A DNA stretch of 64,000 bases from Candidatus Eiseniibacteriota bacterium (GTDB taxonomy: Bacteria; Eisenbacteria; RBG-16-71-46; JABDJR01). The DNA lies in NCBI GenBank assembly GCA_963762255.1, contig CAVXKA010000001.1, positions 1,472,001 to 1,536,000 on the forward strand. The letters are read 5' to 3'. Below are positions 19,399 to 29,103 of this stretch, piece after piece. The notes below the pieces were generated by a model, which made no database searches, was not told the origin of the DNA, and was given only the letters and a program-made list of their open reading frames with translations. A program made the position numbers and the translations under genes. Numbering within the stretch: position 1 is the stretch's first letter; every line of letters starts with the position of its first letter.

Positions 19399-20727
19399 AT
19401 GAGGAACCCGCTCGTGATGCGTCTTCGCCCCGCTCTCAGAACGGGATCTCCGCGCCGGCCGGTCATGCTCCCGGTTGCGTCCGCGCTTGTGGCTGTCACC
19501 ATGCTCCTGACGGTGGGGACGGCTCGAGCGCAGAGTACGATGTGGGACGCCTTCCGCAAACGTCCGTCCGAGCCGGTCGTCTATCCGGAGATCCTGCGCG
19601 ACGCGGCGTGGGTCAAGGTTCATGCGGCGGATCGCAACGTGATCGTCGTGGACGCGCGCCCCGCCGCCGCGTTCGCTGCGGGGCACGTGCCGGGAGCAAG
19701 ACGCGTCGATCCCACCGCCTGGGACGGTCGCATCGACGCTCTGGCCGCCTGGTTCGCAGGCGCGGGCGTGTCCAGCGACGGCGAGGTCGTGTGCGTCTCC
19801 GATCGCGCGAACCCAGCCGCATCGGGCGCGCTCTTCTGGCTTCTCGAATTGGCCGGCCATCCGCACGTCACCCTGCTCAACGGCGGCATGGAGGCATGGC
19901 GGGGTGCCGGCGGCGCAATCGAGGACGGTGAGGCCTCGGCGCGCGCGGCGCACTTTGCCGCCGCTCCCGACACATCCAGGATCTGCGACTACGCCTTCGT
20001 GCGCGCCCGCTTCGGAACGCGGGGGACCAGCATCCTGGACTGGCGCTCGGCGGAGGCGTGGGCGACAGGCCACATCCCGCACAGCCTGCCCTTTCCGCTC
20101 GAGACGCTCGTCACCGAGGACGGGCTCACTCGCACGGGCCCCGACATGCGCCCTCTCTTCGAGCAGTGGGGGCCGCGCGAGCGGGAGTACGTGGACCTGA
20201 GCGACGAGATCGTCGTGTGCGGCGACCTGCGTCCGAGCGACGCGCCGATCCACCCGTACTTCGCCGCGCGCCTTGCCGGGATTGCCCGCGTGCGCGTCTA
20301 CCCCGAAGGGTTCTCGGGATGGCGCGCGCATGCCGACGCCCCCGTCGTCCGCCTGATCGGAACGGAGGAGCTGCGCGGCATGCTCCACGCGGCGTGGGGC
20401 CGGACCTTGCCGGACATCCCTCCGCCGCGCTTCATCCTGCTCGACCTGCGTGGGGAGAACGATTTCAGACGGGGGCATCTGCCCGGCGCCCTGAGCCTGC
20501 AGCCCCACCTGTTCGAGAAGTACCTCGACTACCTGGCGGGTGAGTACTGGCCGGGGGCCGACCGGGCCCGTATCCCCCTGGTCGTCTATTGCTACGGACC
20601 CACCTGCACCCGCAGCCGGAACGGCTCGACCCAGGCCGCCCGGCGCGGCTTCCTGAACCTCTTCTGGTACAAGGAAGGCACGCAGGGATGGCGAGCGGCG
20701 GGCGAGACCTGGATCGAGGGCGAGTGA
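19399..20727 (+). CDS. Exported multi-rhodanese sulfurtransferase (three domains)
   Basis: GHVPGA, GHIPHS, GHLPGA, LLNGG and C-terminal YCYGPTCTRS; signal peptide ending ARA. Confidence 0.8.
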   Translation: MRNPLVMRLRPALRTGSPRRPVMLPVASALVAVTMLLTVGTARAQSTMWDAFRKRPSEPVVYPEILRDAAWVKVHAADRNVIVVDARPAAAFAAGHVPGARRVDPTAWDGRIDALAAWFAGAGVSSDGEVVCVSDRANPAASGALFWLLELAGHPHVTLLNGGMEAWRGAGGAIEDGEASARAAHFAAAPDTSRICDYAFVRARFGTRGTSILDWRSAEAWATGHIPHSLPFPLETLVTEDGLTRTGPDMRPLFEQWGPREREYVDLSDEIVVCGDLRPSDAPIHPYFAARLAGIARVRVYPEGFSGWRAHADAPVVRLIGTEELRGMLHAAWGRTLPDIPPPRFILLDLRGENDFRRGHLPGALSLQPHLFEKYLDYLAGEYWPGADRARIPLVVYCYGPTCTRSRNGSTQAARRGFLNLFWYKEGTQGWRAAGETWIEGE

Positions 20728-20736
20728 GGCTCTGCG

Positions 20737-21270
20737 CTAGCTGAGCCCCGCTCCCGGATCGATCCCCAAGAGTCCGATCACGACTCTCCTGATGAGGTGA
20801 TGACGATCCAGCCCAACAAGACAGTGATCACCGCGCGGCGGGTGCTGAAATCCAGGGCTTGGCGAATGGCCACGACGCCGGCGACGAGAGCCCAAACCCC
20901 GCCGATGAGCCCCAGCCACCCTCCCACCTTCGGGATGAAGACGAAGAAGGAGAGCAGAGTCGGAGTGTGGGCGTAACCCAGGACGCGCAGCATCTCGCCC
21001 ATGTTCGATTCCGTGTCCGGTCCCTTGGTGACGCGGGTTCCGATCAGGAGCGTGATCCCCGACCAGATCATCCAGCTGATGAAAGAGGCGATCACGCCCA
21101 CGATGAGGGTCTTCACGTCCCCTCCGTGGCCGATCATGAGTCCCAAGACCCCAAGCCAGCGAGGCCAGGAGCACCACGATCGCCGACTCCCTCGTGTAGG
21201 ACGAGTCGGTCTCCACCATCTCGTAGAACTGCGTGTCGAGCCGCGCTGCACGCATCATCCGAGTGAGCAT
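20737..21270 (-). CDS. YIP1-family membrane protein, with compensating frameshifts near 21143 and 20795
   Basis: N-terminus RAARLDTQFYEMVE; shifted frame gives MLRVLGYAHTP and AIRQALDFSTRRAV. Confidence 0.65.
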   Translation of the reverse strand: MLTRMMRAARLDTQFYEMVETDSSYTRESAIVVLLASLAWGLGTHDRPRRGREDPHRGRDRLFHQLDDLVGDHAPDRNPRHQGTGHGIEHGRDAARPGLRPHSDSALLLRLHPEGGRVAGAHRRGLGSRRRRRGHSPSPGFQHPPRGDHCLVGLDRHHLIRRVVIGLLGIDPGAGLS

Positions 21271-21307
21271 GAATCCCCCCTTGTCGGTCCCTCGATCGCC
21301 GGACGGA

Positions 21308-24130
21308 TCAGCGGGGCGCTGTCCCCACCGGCGTCTCCGGCATCAGCCGGATGACGGTGTGATTGTCGTCCGGGTAATACCGGGCGAACGTCTCCTGTAG
21401 CTTCTTGGCGGTGATGTCGTCGATGCGCTCCCGCCGCGCCAGGATTCGCCGAGGATCCCATCCCAGGGCGTCCACGGTGCTGAAGCTCGATAGCCAGTAC
21501 CGGTTCTGCTTGGCCGATGTCTCGAGCTCGCGGATCTGGATCTCCTGGACCTTCGACACTTCCTCCGCGGTCGGGCCGTCGCGCTTGAATCTCGCGATCT
21601 CCTCAAAGACCTTCGCGGTGAGCGTGTCCGCGCTCTCCGGCGCCGAGCCGAAGCTGATCGAGGTCTCGCCGTACCCCGGGTAGGGGGACAGGTTCGACTC
21701 GCTCACGCCGACCGAGTACGTCCCGCTCAACGCCTCGCGCAACAGCTCGCGGAGCCTCGTCTCCAGGATGTCGTTCGCTCTGCGGAGCATGAACATTTCT
21801 ATCTCATCCAACCTGGTGAGGGCGGGCCAGGTGATCAGGGTCTGGCTCTTGGGCTCGGTCCCCGCGTTCACCGTGCGCTCGATCACCCCATCCGGAAAGC
21901 GCACGCCCGGATCGGTGTACGTCGAGCGGGGGCCGGGCCGGGCCGGCAGCGAACCCAGGTAGCGGGCGACGAGCGGTTCCATGGACTCCACCGTGAACGC
22001 ACCCACGAAGTAGAAGTGGAAATCCGCCGCGTTGGCGAAAAGTCTCCGGTAGAACGTGTAGGCCACTTCACGATCCACGGTGTCCAGTATCTCGACCGTC
22101 CACGGTCGGAACATATAGTGATTGCGATGGTTCACAATCCCCGCCTCGTCCGCGAACCGCATCTCGGGCACGGCCCTGAGGCTCTGGAGGAGCGTGCGCC
22201 ATTGCCCCATCACGACCTGGAACGCATCCGGGCGGTCGTTGGGAGCGGTGAAGACGAGGTGGGTGAGCTGGAGCGCAGTCTCCAGCTCGCGGGGAGTCGC
22301 CTTCCCGCTCACACCGTGCTGAAAATCAGTGACGAATGGAGCGGCCGAGGCGATCTTGCCGGAGAGCATCTTCTGCAGATCGACGGGGGTGAATCCGCCG
22401 AAGCCCGCCTGCTGGATGTAGCTGTCGGCGAAATTGACCGAGCGGTACACGCCGCTGTCGGCGAGCGAGAATCCTCCCGAGGCAGCCGCGGAAAACAGGA
22501 TCTCGTCGTTCTTGAAATCGGTCGGCTTGAGCCAGACCTCGACCCCGTTCGAGAGCGTGAGGATCGTGAGGTCCATCTCGGGGATCGTGCGCCGCGCGGA
22601 GATCACGCCCGGCTCCGGAAGTTGCGCCAAGAGTCCGGTCGCGGCGGGGGCATCCTCGTAGGCCGAAGGGCTCGTTCCCTCGGCCTCTGTCACTACCGCC
22701 ACCAGCGCGGAAGAATCGGGAAACGCCGCGCCGCTCTTCTCCGGGGCGGTGGCGAGTACGATCGAGTTATCGGCGTGGACGAGCCGCGAAACCGCGACGT
22801 TGACCTCGTCCAGCGTGATGGCGGCCATGATCTCGCCGGCCAGCGCGAACTCAACGGCGATGCCGGGAATCGGTTCCCCATCCAGGAAGTTGTTCGTGTA
22901 CTCCTTCACGTAGGCGCCGCTCTCGGTCTTGTCGCGTTCGTTGAAGGCCCGCTCCAGCGAGGCCAGGAAACGCGCCTTGGCCCGCTCCAGCTCGCCGGCG
23001 GTGAACCCATGCGATCGCACACGCGCGGTCTCTGTGACGATCGCCTGCAGGCCGCGGGTCGTCCCCCCCTCCGGCACCATCGCGCCCACCCGGAACATGT
23101 CGAGCGCGCGCACGAAGGAACCCGCGCCGCTCCCGGCAAAGGTGAACGGGGCGTCGGGCTTCTGGGCGATCTCCTCGAATCGCGCGTTGAGCATGCTGCT
23201 GAAGAGGATGTCGACCATCGCCCGCCGGTAGTCTCCCACCGTCCCTTGAGGCAGGCGCGGGTGCGCGAAGAGGAGGCTCACCTGGGTCACCGGCTGCTCG
23301 GGGTCGACGGCAGGCGCGGCGCGCAGACCGGGGTGCGACGGGACATCGAACGTCGGTCGACCCGCGGGATCCGCCGGACGCGGGATGCCTCCGAAGTGCT
23401 CGCGGATGAGCTCTTCGACCGCGGTGGCATCGAAGTCGCCCACCGCCACCACCGCCATGAGGTCCGGGCGATACCAGCGCCGGTAGAACTCCCGCACGCG
23501 CTCTGCGGTGGCGCCTTCGATCACTTCAGGGCGGCCGATCGGGAAGCGCTCAGGATAGAGCGATCCCTCCAGCAATACCGGCCATTGCTTGCGCCGGATG
23601 CGCTCATCGGCACCGCGCCCGAGCCGCCACTCCTCGAGGATCACCCCGCGCTCCTTTTCGACCTCCACCGGGTCGAACGTGATGGCGTGAGCCCAGTCGC
23701 TCAGCACGAGGAACCCGGTATCGAGGAGCCCCTCCCGATCGGTGGGGATCTCGAGCATGTAGACCGTCTCGTCAAAGCTCGTGTACGCGTTGAGATCGGG
23801 CCCGAAGCGGGAGCCGATCGACTCCAGGAACGAGATGAGTTCGTTGGCCGCGAAGTGCTCCGTGCCGTTGAACGCCATGTGCTCCACGAAATGGGCGTAC
23901 CCCTGCTGGTCGTCCCGTTCGAGCAGCGAGCCTGCGTTCACCGCCACCCGCAGCTCGGCGCGATGCTCCGGCTTGTGGTTTTCGCGAACGTAGTAGGTGA
24001 GCCCGTTCTCGAGCCGGCCGATGCGTACCCCCGGGTCTACGGGGAGCGGATCCGATGCGGGGGGAAGGGCCAGAGCCGGATGGACCAAGCAGAGGCCGAG
24101 GAGGAGGGCGAGGGTCAGACGCAGTGACAT
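21308..24130 (-). CDS. pqqL: M16 family zinc peptidase (PqqL-like)
   Basis: LENGLTYY, HFVEHMAFNGT inverted zincin, NAYTSFDETVY, ERGVILEEWR; signal peptide. Confidence 0.9.
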   Translation of the reverse strand: MSLRLTLALLLGLCLVHPALALPPASDPLPVDPGVRIGRLENGLTYYVRENHKPEHRAELRVAVNAGSLLERDDQQGYAHFVEHMAFNGTEHFAANELISFLESIGSRFGPDLNAYTSFDETVYMLEIPTDREGLLDTGFLVLSDWAHAITFDPVEVEKERGVILEEWRLGRGADERIRRKQWPVLLEGSLYPERFPIGRPEVIEGATAERVREFYRRWYRPDLMAVVAVGDFDATAVEELIREHFGGIPRPADPAGRPTFDVPSHPGLRAAPAVDPEQPVTQVSLLFAHPRLPQGTVGDYRRAMVDILFSSMLNARFEEIAQKPDAPFTFAGSGAGSFVRALDMFRVGAMVPEGGTTRGLQAIVTETARVRSHGFTAGELERAKARFLASLERAFNERDKTESGAYVKEYTNNFLDGEPIPGIAVEFALAGEIMAAITLDEVNVAVSRLVHADNSIVLATAPEKSGAAFPDSSALVAVVTEAEGTSPSAYEDAPAATGLLAQLPEPGVISARRTIPEMDLTILTLSNGVEVWLKPTDFKNDEILFSAAASGGFSLADSGVYRSVNFADSYIQQAGFGGFTPVDLQKMLSGKIASAAPFVTDFQHGVSGKATPRELETALQLTHLVFTAPNDRPDAFQVVMGQWRTLLQSLRAVPEMRFADEAGIVNHRNHYMFRPWTVEILDTVDREVAYTFYRRLFANAADFHFYFVGAFTVESMEPLVARYLGSLPARPGPRSTYTDPGVRFPDGVIERTVNAGTEPKSQTLITWPALTRLDEIEMFMLRRANDILETRLRELLREALSGTYSVGVSESNLSPYPGYGETSISFGSAPESADTLTAKVFEEIARFKRDGPTAEEVSKVQEIQIRELETSAKQNRYWLSSFSTVDALGWDPRRILARRERIDDITAKKLQETFARYYPDDNHTVIRLMPETPVGTAPR

Positions 24131-24217
24131 ACGCGTTCCTTTCGACGGGGGGCTGGTCCGAACGCGCAGAGTCTATAGGAACCGGCCGGGACCGGCCAGC
24201 GGGGGCAAGACAGGTCG

Positions 24218-25135
24218 TCAGGCGGCCCGACTACCCGATTCCTGCTGGATCTGCAGCGCGTCATCGAGGCGGCGGATGGTCTGGCGCATCCACTCCGCCT
24301 GCTCGGCATGCCGGCAGGTGATGCCTGCGTGCTCGGCGAAGACTTGCGCCGCCTGGAGGTCGTCGGGTCCGTACTGCTTCCCGTCGTTGGGATTGGTTAC
24401 GTTGAGCACACCCACCAGCTCCCCGCGGACCTCGATCGGAACGATCATCGAAGCGTTGATGGAGTAGTCCCTGGGCTTGAAGCCGACGTACTGGGACGTG
24501 TCGACCGTCGGGCCGAGGAGGAGCGGCTCGCGATGCTGTGCCACCCAACCGGCGATTCCCTCGCCGATGTGGGTGCGCAGTCCGACCAGTTTCTCGGAGC
24601 TCTCCTCGCCGGTGACTGCACGCAACTCGAGATCCCCGGTTGCGCGGTCGACGAGCATGAGGGAGACCTGACGGCAGTCGAAGGTGTCCAGGCACGCCCG
24701 GGTAATGATGTCGAAGATGGCCTGTCGACTGGTCTCGGTGCTCACCGCCCGGCTCACGGTGAGTAGGGCGTAGAGATGATCGCAGTGACGCTGCATGCGT
24801 TCGGCACTCTCCTGCCGCGATGCGCGTAGCCGGCGGCGGAGGCTCGCGACTTGAAACTGCTGGCGGGTCAGGTGCGCGGTGAAGAGGAACACCATCAGAG
24901 ACAGCCCCACCATCAGGATCGTCTCGGTCTGCGCCCACGGCCAGAGCGTCCCGACCCTGTCCCGTAGCTGCGGCAGAAGGCCGGTGACCAGGCCCGAGGT
25001 TGTGAGGATCATCACGCCGGCGATGAGAAGCCAGTTGTGCCAACTCAGACGGTCCAGCGCAGCGTCCTCTGCGTTGGGATCCGCAGGGTTGACGCAGACG
25101 AGTACGTCGTTCGGATCATGTCGGCTTGGCGGCAT
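24218..25135 (-). CDS. Membrane protein with two TM helices, coiled coil and GAF domain
   Basis: GEGIAGWVAQHREP and SMIVPIEVRGELVGVLNV GAF motifs; SD aaggag before ATG 25135. Confidence 0.75.
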   Translation of the reverse strand: MPPSRHDPNDVLVCVNPADPNAEDAALDRLSWHNWLLIAGVMILTTSGLVTGLLPQLRDRVGTLWPWAQTETILMVGLSLMVFLFTAHLTRQQFQVASLRRRLRASRQESAERMQRHCDHLYALLTVSRAVSTETSRQAIFDIITRACLDTFDCRQVSLMLVDRATGDLELRAVTGEESSEKLVGLRTHIGEGIAGWVAQHREPLLLGPTVDTSQYVGFKPRDYSINASMIVPIEVRGELVGVLNVTNPNDGKQYGPDDLQAAQVFAEHAGITCRHAEQAEWMRQTIRRLDDALQIQQESGSRAA

Positions 25136-25324
25136 CTCGGCTCCTTCGATCGGGGAAAACCCCGCGTCTTCCGTATATCGGCGGCCGAGGGGTGCGTCAT
25201 CGGCGCGGCGGAGGGCAGGCCGCGGGGGGGGCATGAGCTTGGGGCGAAAACCCCGCGGGGGCCCTTCCGGGGGGCCGATTCTCATAGAGTCCCGCCTTCA
25301 GTCGAGCCTGATTCGTATCTCCGC

Positions 25325-26047
25325 TCAGACTTGGGTGACTCTAGCCTCGCGGCGAAGGAACGCGTAGGCCAGGAGGCCGCTGTTCAGGTCGATGAAGGCG
25401 TGCAGGAGCATCGGGACCCAGAGGCTTCCGCTGACGGTGTAGAGGATGGCCATGCCGAGGCCCACCAGCGCCGTCTGTCCAACTCCCCGCGTTCCCTGAT
25501 AGGCGTGGGCCATTCCGAAGAGAAGCGAAGCCAGGAGGATCGCCGGGATCGGCGGGACGAGGGCCCGCAGATACCAGATCACGAAACCTCGGAAGAGAAC
25601 CTCCTCGCAGATGCCGGCGGTGACCGAGAGGGCGCTGAAGTGAACGAGTTCGCGGCGCGTGTGAGGAAGCAGCGGACGCAAGGGCTCCAGGTGAGCGAGC
25701 ACCGTCGCGCGCGCCTCGTCGTCGACCTCGCGCACGAGATTCACCCGCTGACGCCCGACGAAAACTGCGAAGCCCGCCGCCAGAACGAGGGCGGTCCAGA
25801 ACCCCCAGCCGGAGGGCGCGCGAAACCCCAGATCCGACCACCCTCGACTCTGGATCGCCCAGGCGGCGAGCGTCGCGGCCAGGAGCGCCCACTCCGTGGT
25901 CAGGCTCTGGAAGTAAGCCCGATGGCGCGCGTTCCGTAGCCGCTCGGCGGCGGCCCGCACGAGGCGGGGATACCAGAAGAGGAGGTCGTGTACCGGCAGC
26001 AGGATGGTGATGAGGGCCACCACCACATGATCGAGCGGGGTCAGCAT
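25325..26047 (-). CDS. CPBP (CAAX/Abi) intramembrane metalloprotease
   Basis: GICEEVLFRG, FGMAHAYQG and HAFID motifs. Confidence 0.9.
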   Translation of the reverse strand: MLTPLDHVVVALITILLPVHDLLFWYPRLVRAAAERLRNARHRAYFQSLTTEWALLAATLAAWAIQSRGWSDLGFRAPSGWGFWTALVLAAGFAVFVGRQRVNLVREVDDEARATVLAHLEPLRPLLPHTRRELVHFSALSVTAGICEEVLFRGFVIWYLRALVPPIPAILLASLLFGMAHAYQGTRGVGQTALVGLGMAILYTVSGSLWVPMLLHAFIDLNSGLLAYAFLRREARVTQV

Positions 26048-26076
26048 CGGGTGGGGATTCCAGGCGCGCGCGTCGT

Positions 26077-28119
26077 CTAGTCCACGCCGCCGCTCTCGCT
26101 TCTCTGCAGCTCGAGCAGCCGCTCGATCTCCGCCTTCACGAACGGCGTGGGCGGATCCTCGAGCGCGCGGGTGAGGTAATCCGTCGCTTCTTCGGGGCGG
26201 TCCATCAGGCGGTAGAGATAGCCGAGGTGGTAGTAGATCTCCGAGAGATCCGTGCGCTCCTGCTCGCGAGCGAGCCGCAGGGTTCGCAGAAAAGTCTTCT
26301 CCGCCTCCTCGTAGCGATGGAGCCGGACCAGCGTCCAACCGAGGGTATCGAGGTGCCCGGGATCGTCGGGGGTGAGGCGGTTGGCCTTCTGCGCCAGATC
26401 GTTCGCCCGTTCCGGGTTCTCGCCCGCGTCGGCGTAGCTCATGGCGAGGTTGTTGTTGTAGATCGCGTTCTCGGGATCCCGAGTGAGAAGCATCTCGCCG
26501 ATGAAGATGGCGTCGTCGAAACGGCGCACGGTGGCCAGGAAGAGGCTCGTCATCTCCAGGAGTTGCGCGTCGCTCATCCGCGCGGTGTCGGAAGGGGCGA
26601 GCGCGCTGTCCATCTCCACGACACGGCGTAGCGCCGAGTACCCCTGCTCGTCGCGTCCCACCCGCAGGTAGTCCACCCCGAGGCGAAAGAGCACCGCCGG
26701 ATCCGGCTTGGTGATCTGGAGGTAGCGCTCGAGTCGCATGATCGCTTCACCCCGGCGTCCGTCCTCGTCGGCAATGATGCCGAGGCCGAGCTGCGCGCCG
26801 GGAAAATCGGGGTAGGCTTCCGCGCATTCGGTGAACGCATGCCGCGCCTGGTCATTGTGGCCCAGGCGCAACTCCAGCGATCCGAGAACGCACGGGAGGT
26901 TGTCGATCTGCGCCCCCTGGTCGCGCGCCCGCTCGAGAATCTCGACCGCCTCCGCCTCCTGTCCGGGCTGGTCGGCCAGGGTGAGACCCAGGAGACGCAG
27001 CGCGTTGCCGTCCTCGGGATCGAGGGCCAGCGCGCTGCGTAGGCGGCTTTGCCCATCCTCGATGTGACCGCGGCGCAGGGCGCTCGCGGCCAGGTAGTAG
27101 AGCACCTCCGGATCCTGAGGGTTCTCCTGGTTCACACCGGTGAGAAGACTCTCGGCCTCGGCGTCCTTGGACAGAAAGAACTTGGCGATGCCCAGCGCCT
27201 TGCGGTTACCGGAAATCGGATCGTGCGCCGCCGCGTCTTCCAGCACCGGTTCCGCCTTCGCGTACTCGCCGGCCGAGAGGTAGGCGCGGCCGAGTAGCGC
27301 GAGATCGGCGGGATCCTGGCTCTTCGGATCGCGTCCACCGAGAATGAGAATGATCCCCTCGAAGGTCGGGCGGTATGCGTCCTCCAGGGCGAAGGCGCGG
27401 CGGAAGTGAACGAGGGCGGCCGTGGTGTCTCCGCTCGCGGCAAGAATCTGGCCCAGCGCGGCCTGCGATTCGTGGTCGGTCGGGTTCAGCTCCAGCGCGC
27501 GCGTGTACGCGGCGAGGGCGTCGTTCGGACGTCCGGCCATGCGGAGGGCGCCGCCGAGCGCGCGATGCGCATCCGCAACCTCGGGCTCGGCGTCCACGGC
27601 GGCAGTAAAGGCCTCGGCCGCGGCCGGGCCGTCGTTCTTGCGCAGGGCTTGTTCCCCCGCTGCCCAGGCGCGCCGTCCGCGGTCGGTCTCCATCGGCATG
27701 CCCCGCCCGCCGACGTAGCGATCCAGCAGGAGTCGGATGCCCCGCTGCGCTTCCGAGTTGTCGGGGTCGCGGGCGAGAGCCCACCGGTACTGCCTGAGGG
27801 CCTCGGCGGCGGCGGCCCGCACGTCCTTCACCTGGTCGTTTAGGATGCCGGTGGTGAGGGCGCGGGCGAGGAGGATATGCCCCTCCAACCGCTCCGGATC
27901 CATCGCGATGACCCGAGTAAACGCGGCGGCGGCGTTCGCCATGTCGCCCGAGTCGAGGTACAGCTCCCCGTCGAAGATGATGAGATCGACGGCGTCCGAG
28001 TCCGGAGCGGCGGGCGCGCCCTCCAGCGCAAGCGGGATCGACACGTCTTGAGCCGCCAGGGGCGAGGCCGCGGCAGATGACAGCAGCAGGGTGAGGACGA
28101 ACAGGGTTCGAGTGTGCAT
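26077..28119 (-). CDS. Exported TPR-repeat protein
   Basis: Signal peptide; many TPRs; NNLAMSYA and LDTLGW motifs. Confidence 0.85.
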   Translation of the reverse strand: MHTRTLFVLTLLLSSAAASPLAAQDVSIPLALEGAPAAPDSDAVDLIIFDGELYLDSGDMANAAAAFTRVIAMDPERLEGHILLARALTTGILNDQVKDVRAAAAEALRQYRWALARDPDNSEAQRGIRLLLDRYVGGRGMPMETDRGRRAWAAGEQALRKNDGPAAAEAFTAAVDAEPEVADAHRALGGALRMAGRPNDALAAYTRALELNPTDHESQAALGQILAASGDTTAALVHFRRAFALEDAYRPTFEGIILILGGRDPKSQDPADLALLGRAYLSAGEYAKAEPVLEDAAAHDPISGNRKALGIAKFFLSKDAEAESLLTGVNQENPQDPEVLYYLAASALRRGHIEDGQSRLRSALALDPEDGNALRLLGLTLADQPGQEAEAVEILERARDQGAQIDNLPCVLGSLELRLGHNDQARHAFTECAEAYPDFPGAQLGLGIIADEDGRRGEAIMRLERYLQITKPDPAVLFRLGVDYLRVGRDEQGYSALRRVVEMDSALAPSDTARMSDAQLLEMTSLFLATVRRFDDAIFIGEMLLTRDPENAIYNNNLAMSYADAGENPERANDLAQKANRLTPDDPGHLDTLGWTLVRLHRYEEAEKTFLRTLRLAREQERTDLSEIYYHLGYLYRLMDRPEEATDYLTRALEDPPTPFVKAEIERLLELQRSESGGVD

Positions 28120-28254
28120 GGGTCGATGATTGTATACCCTCGGGCCGGGGTCGATTCTCCCAAGCCGTGGAGCCGGTCCAGGAATCCTCATCCGGGGCCA
28201 GGGGTATCCGCGGTGCTATAGTGCCGGTTGGACCGTAGGGCGATGAGGGATTGA

Positions 28255-29103
28255 ATGTTGCGTCGATCTATCTGGCTCGTTCTTCTGGGGCTTCTCATGG
28301 CAGGTCGCAGCGAGGCCGCCGGAGGGGACTTCTATGCACGGCTCCGCGTGGACGACGGCCCGGTCGCGGGCCGCTTCACCGTCTACGCCTACTTCCTCGA
28401 CAGCCTCGACACGGCCGTGTCCTCGCCCGCTCCCGGACGGATCCTGCTCCTCAACTTCGGCGAGGCCAACGGGGACAACTCGTTCATCGTGCCGGGCGAT
28501 CTCCACATCCAGGATCGCCGCGGCCGCGCGTGGACCCGCGGTTTCAACACGCTCGAGACGGGTCGGCTGGCGGGCTTTCTGGACAGGGACGAGGCGCGCT
28601 GGGCTCTGTGGTGGGTGCCTGCGGAGGTCGATTCCCTCGTCTGGTCGACGCCCCTCGATCTCTCCTTGTGGTACGGGTTCGGCAAGGCGTCGTTCGCTCC
28701 GCTCAAACCGGAAGACGCGCGCGCCGTGGCCGAGGCGTTGCCCTGGGAGCGCGTCGACACCGTCGAGGTGAGCGCGGATCGCTCGGTCGCCGACCTCGGC
28801 GATGCGATCGACCCGGCCGCGTTCGATGTTCCCCCCTCCGTGCGGGAGCGCGTGAATCCCGTCTATCCGAAATCCGCGCGGCAGTACGATTTCGTCGGCA
28901 CGGTGAACGTCGTCGCGGTGGTGGATGAGCGCGGCGACGTCGCCGATGTCTTCGTGCTGCAGTCGAGCGCGACTCACGACCTGAACGCGGCCGCCCTTGC
29001 GGCGGTGCGGCGATGGAAGTTCAAGGCGGGGACCAAGGGCGGCATGTCGGTCAAGGGCGGGTTCCTGATTCCCGTCAGCTTCGGCCGCGGCTCCGACCGA
29101 TGA
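28255..29103 (+). CDS. Exported protein with one C-terminal TonB-C domain
   Basis: PVYPKSAR, VVDERGDV, ALAAVRRWKF, PVSF; signal peptide. Confidence 0.8.
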   Translation: MLRRSIWLVLLGLLMAGRSEAAGGDFYARLRVDDGPVAGRFTVYAYFLDSLDTAVSSPAPGRILLLNFGEANGDNSFIVPGDLHIQDRRGRAWTRGFNTLETGRLAGFLDRDEARWALWWVPAEVDSLVWSTPLDLSLWYGFGKASFAPLKPEDARAVAEALPWERVDTVEVSADRSVADLGDAIDPAAFDVPPSVRERVNPVYPKSARQYDFVGTVNVVAVVDERGDVADVFVLQSSATHDLNAAALAAVRRWKFKAGTKGGMSVKGGFLIPVSFGRGSDR

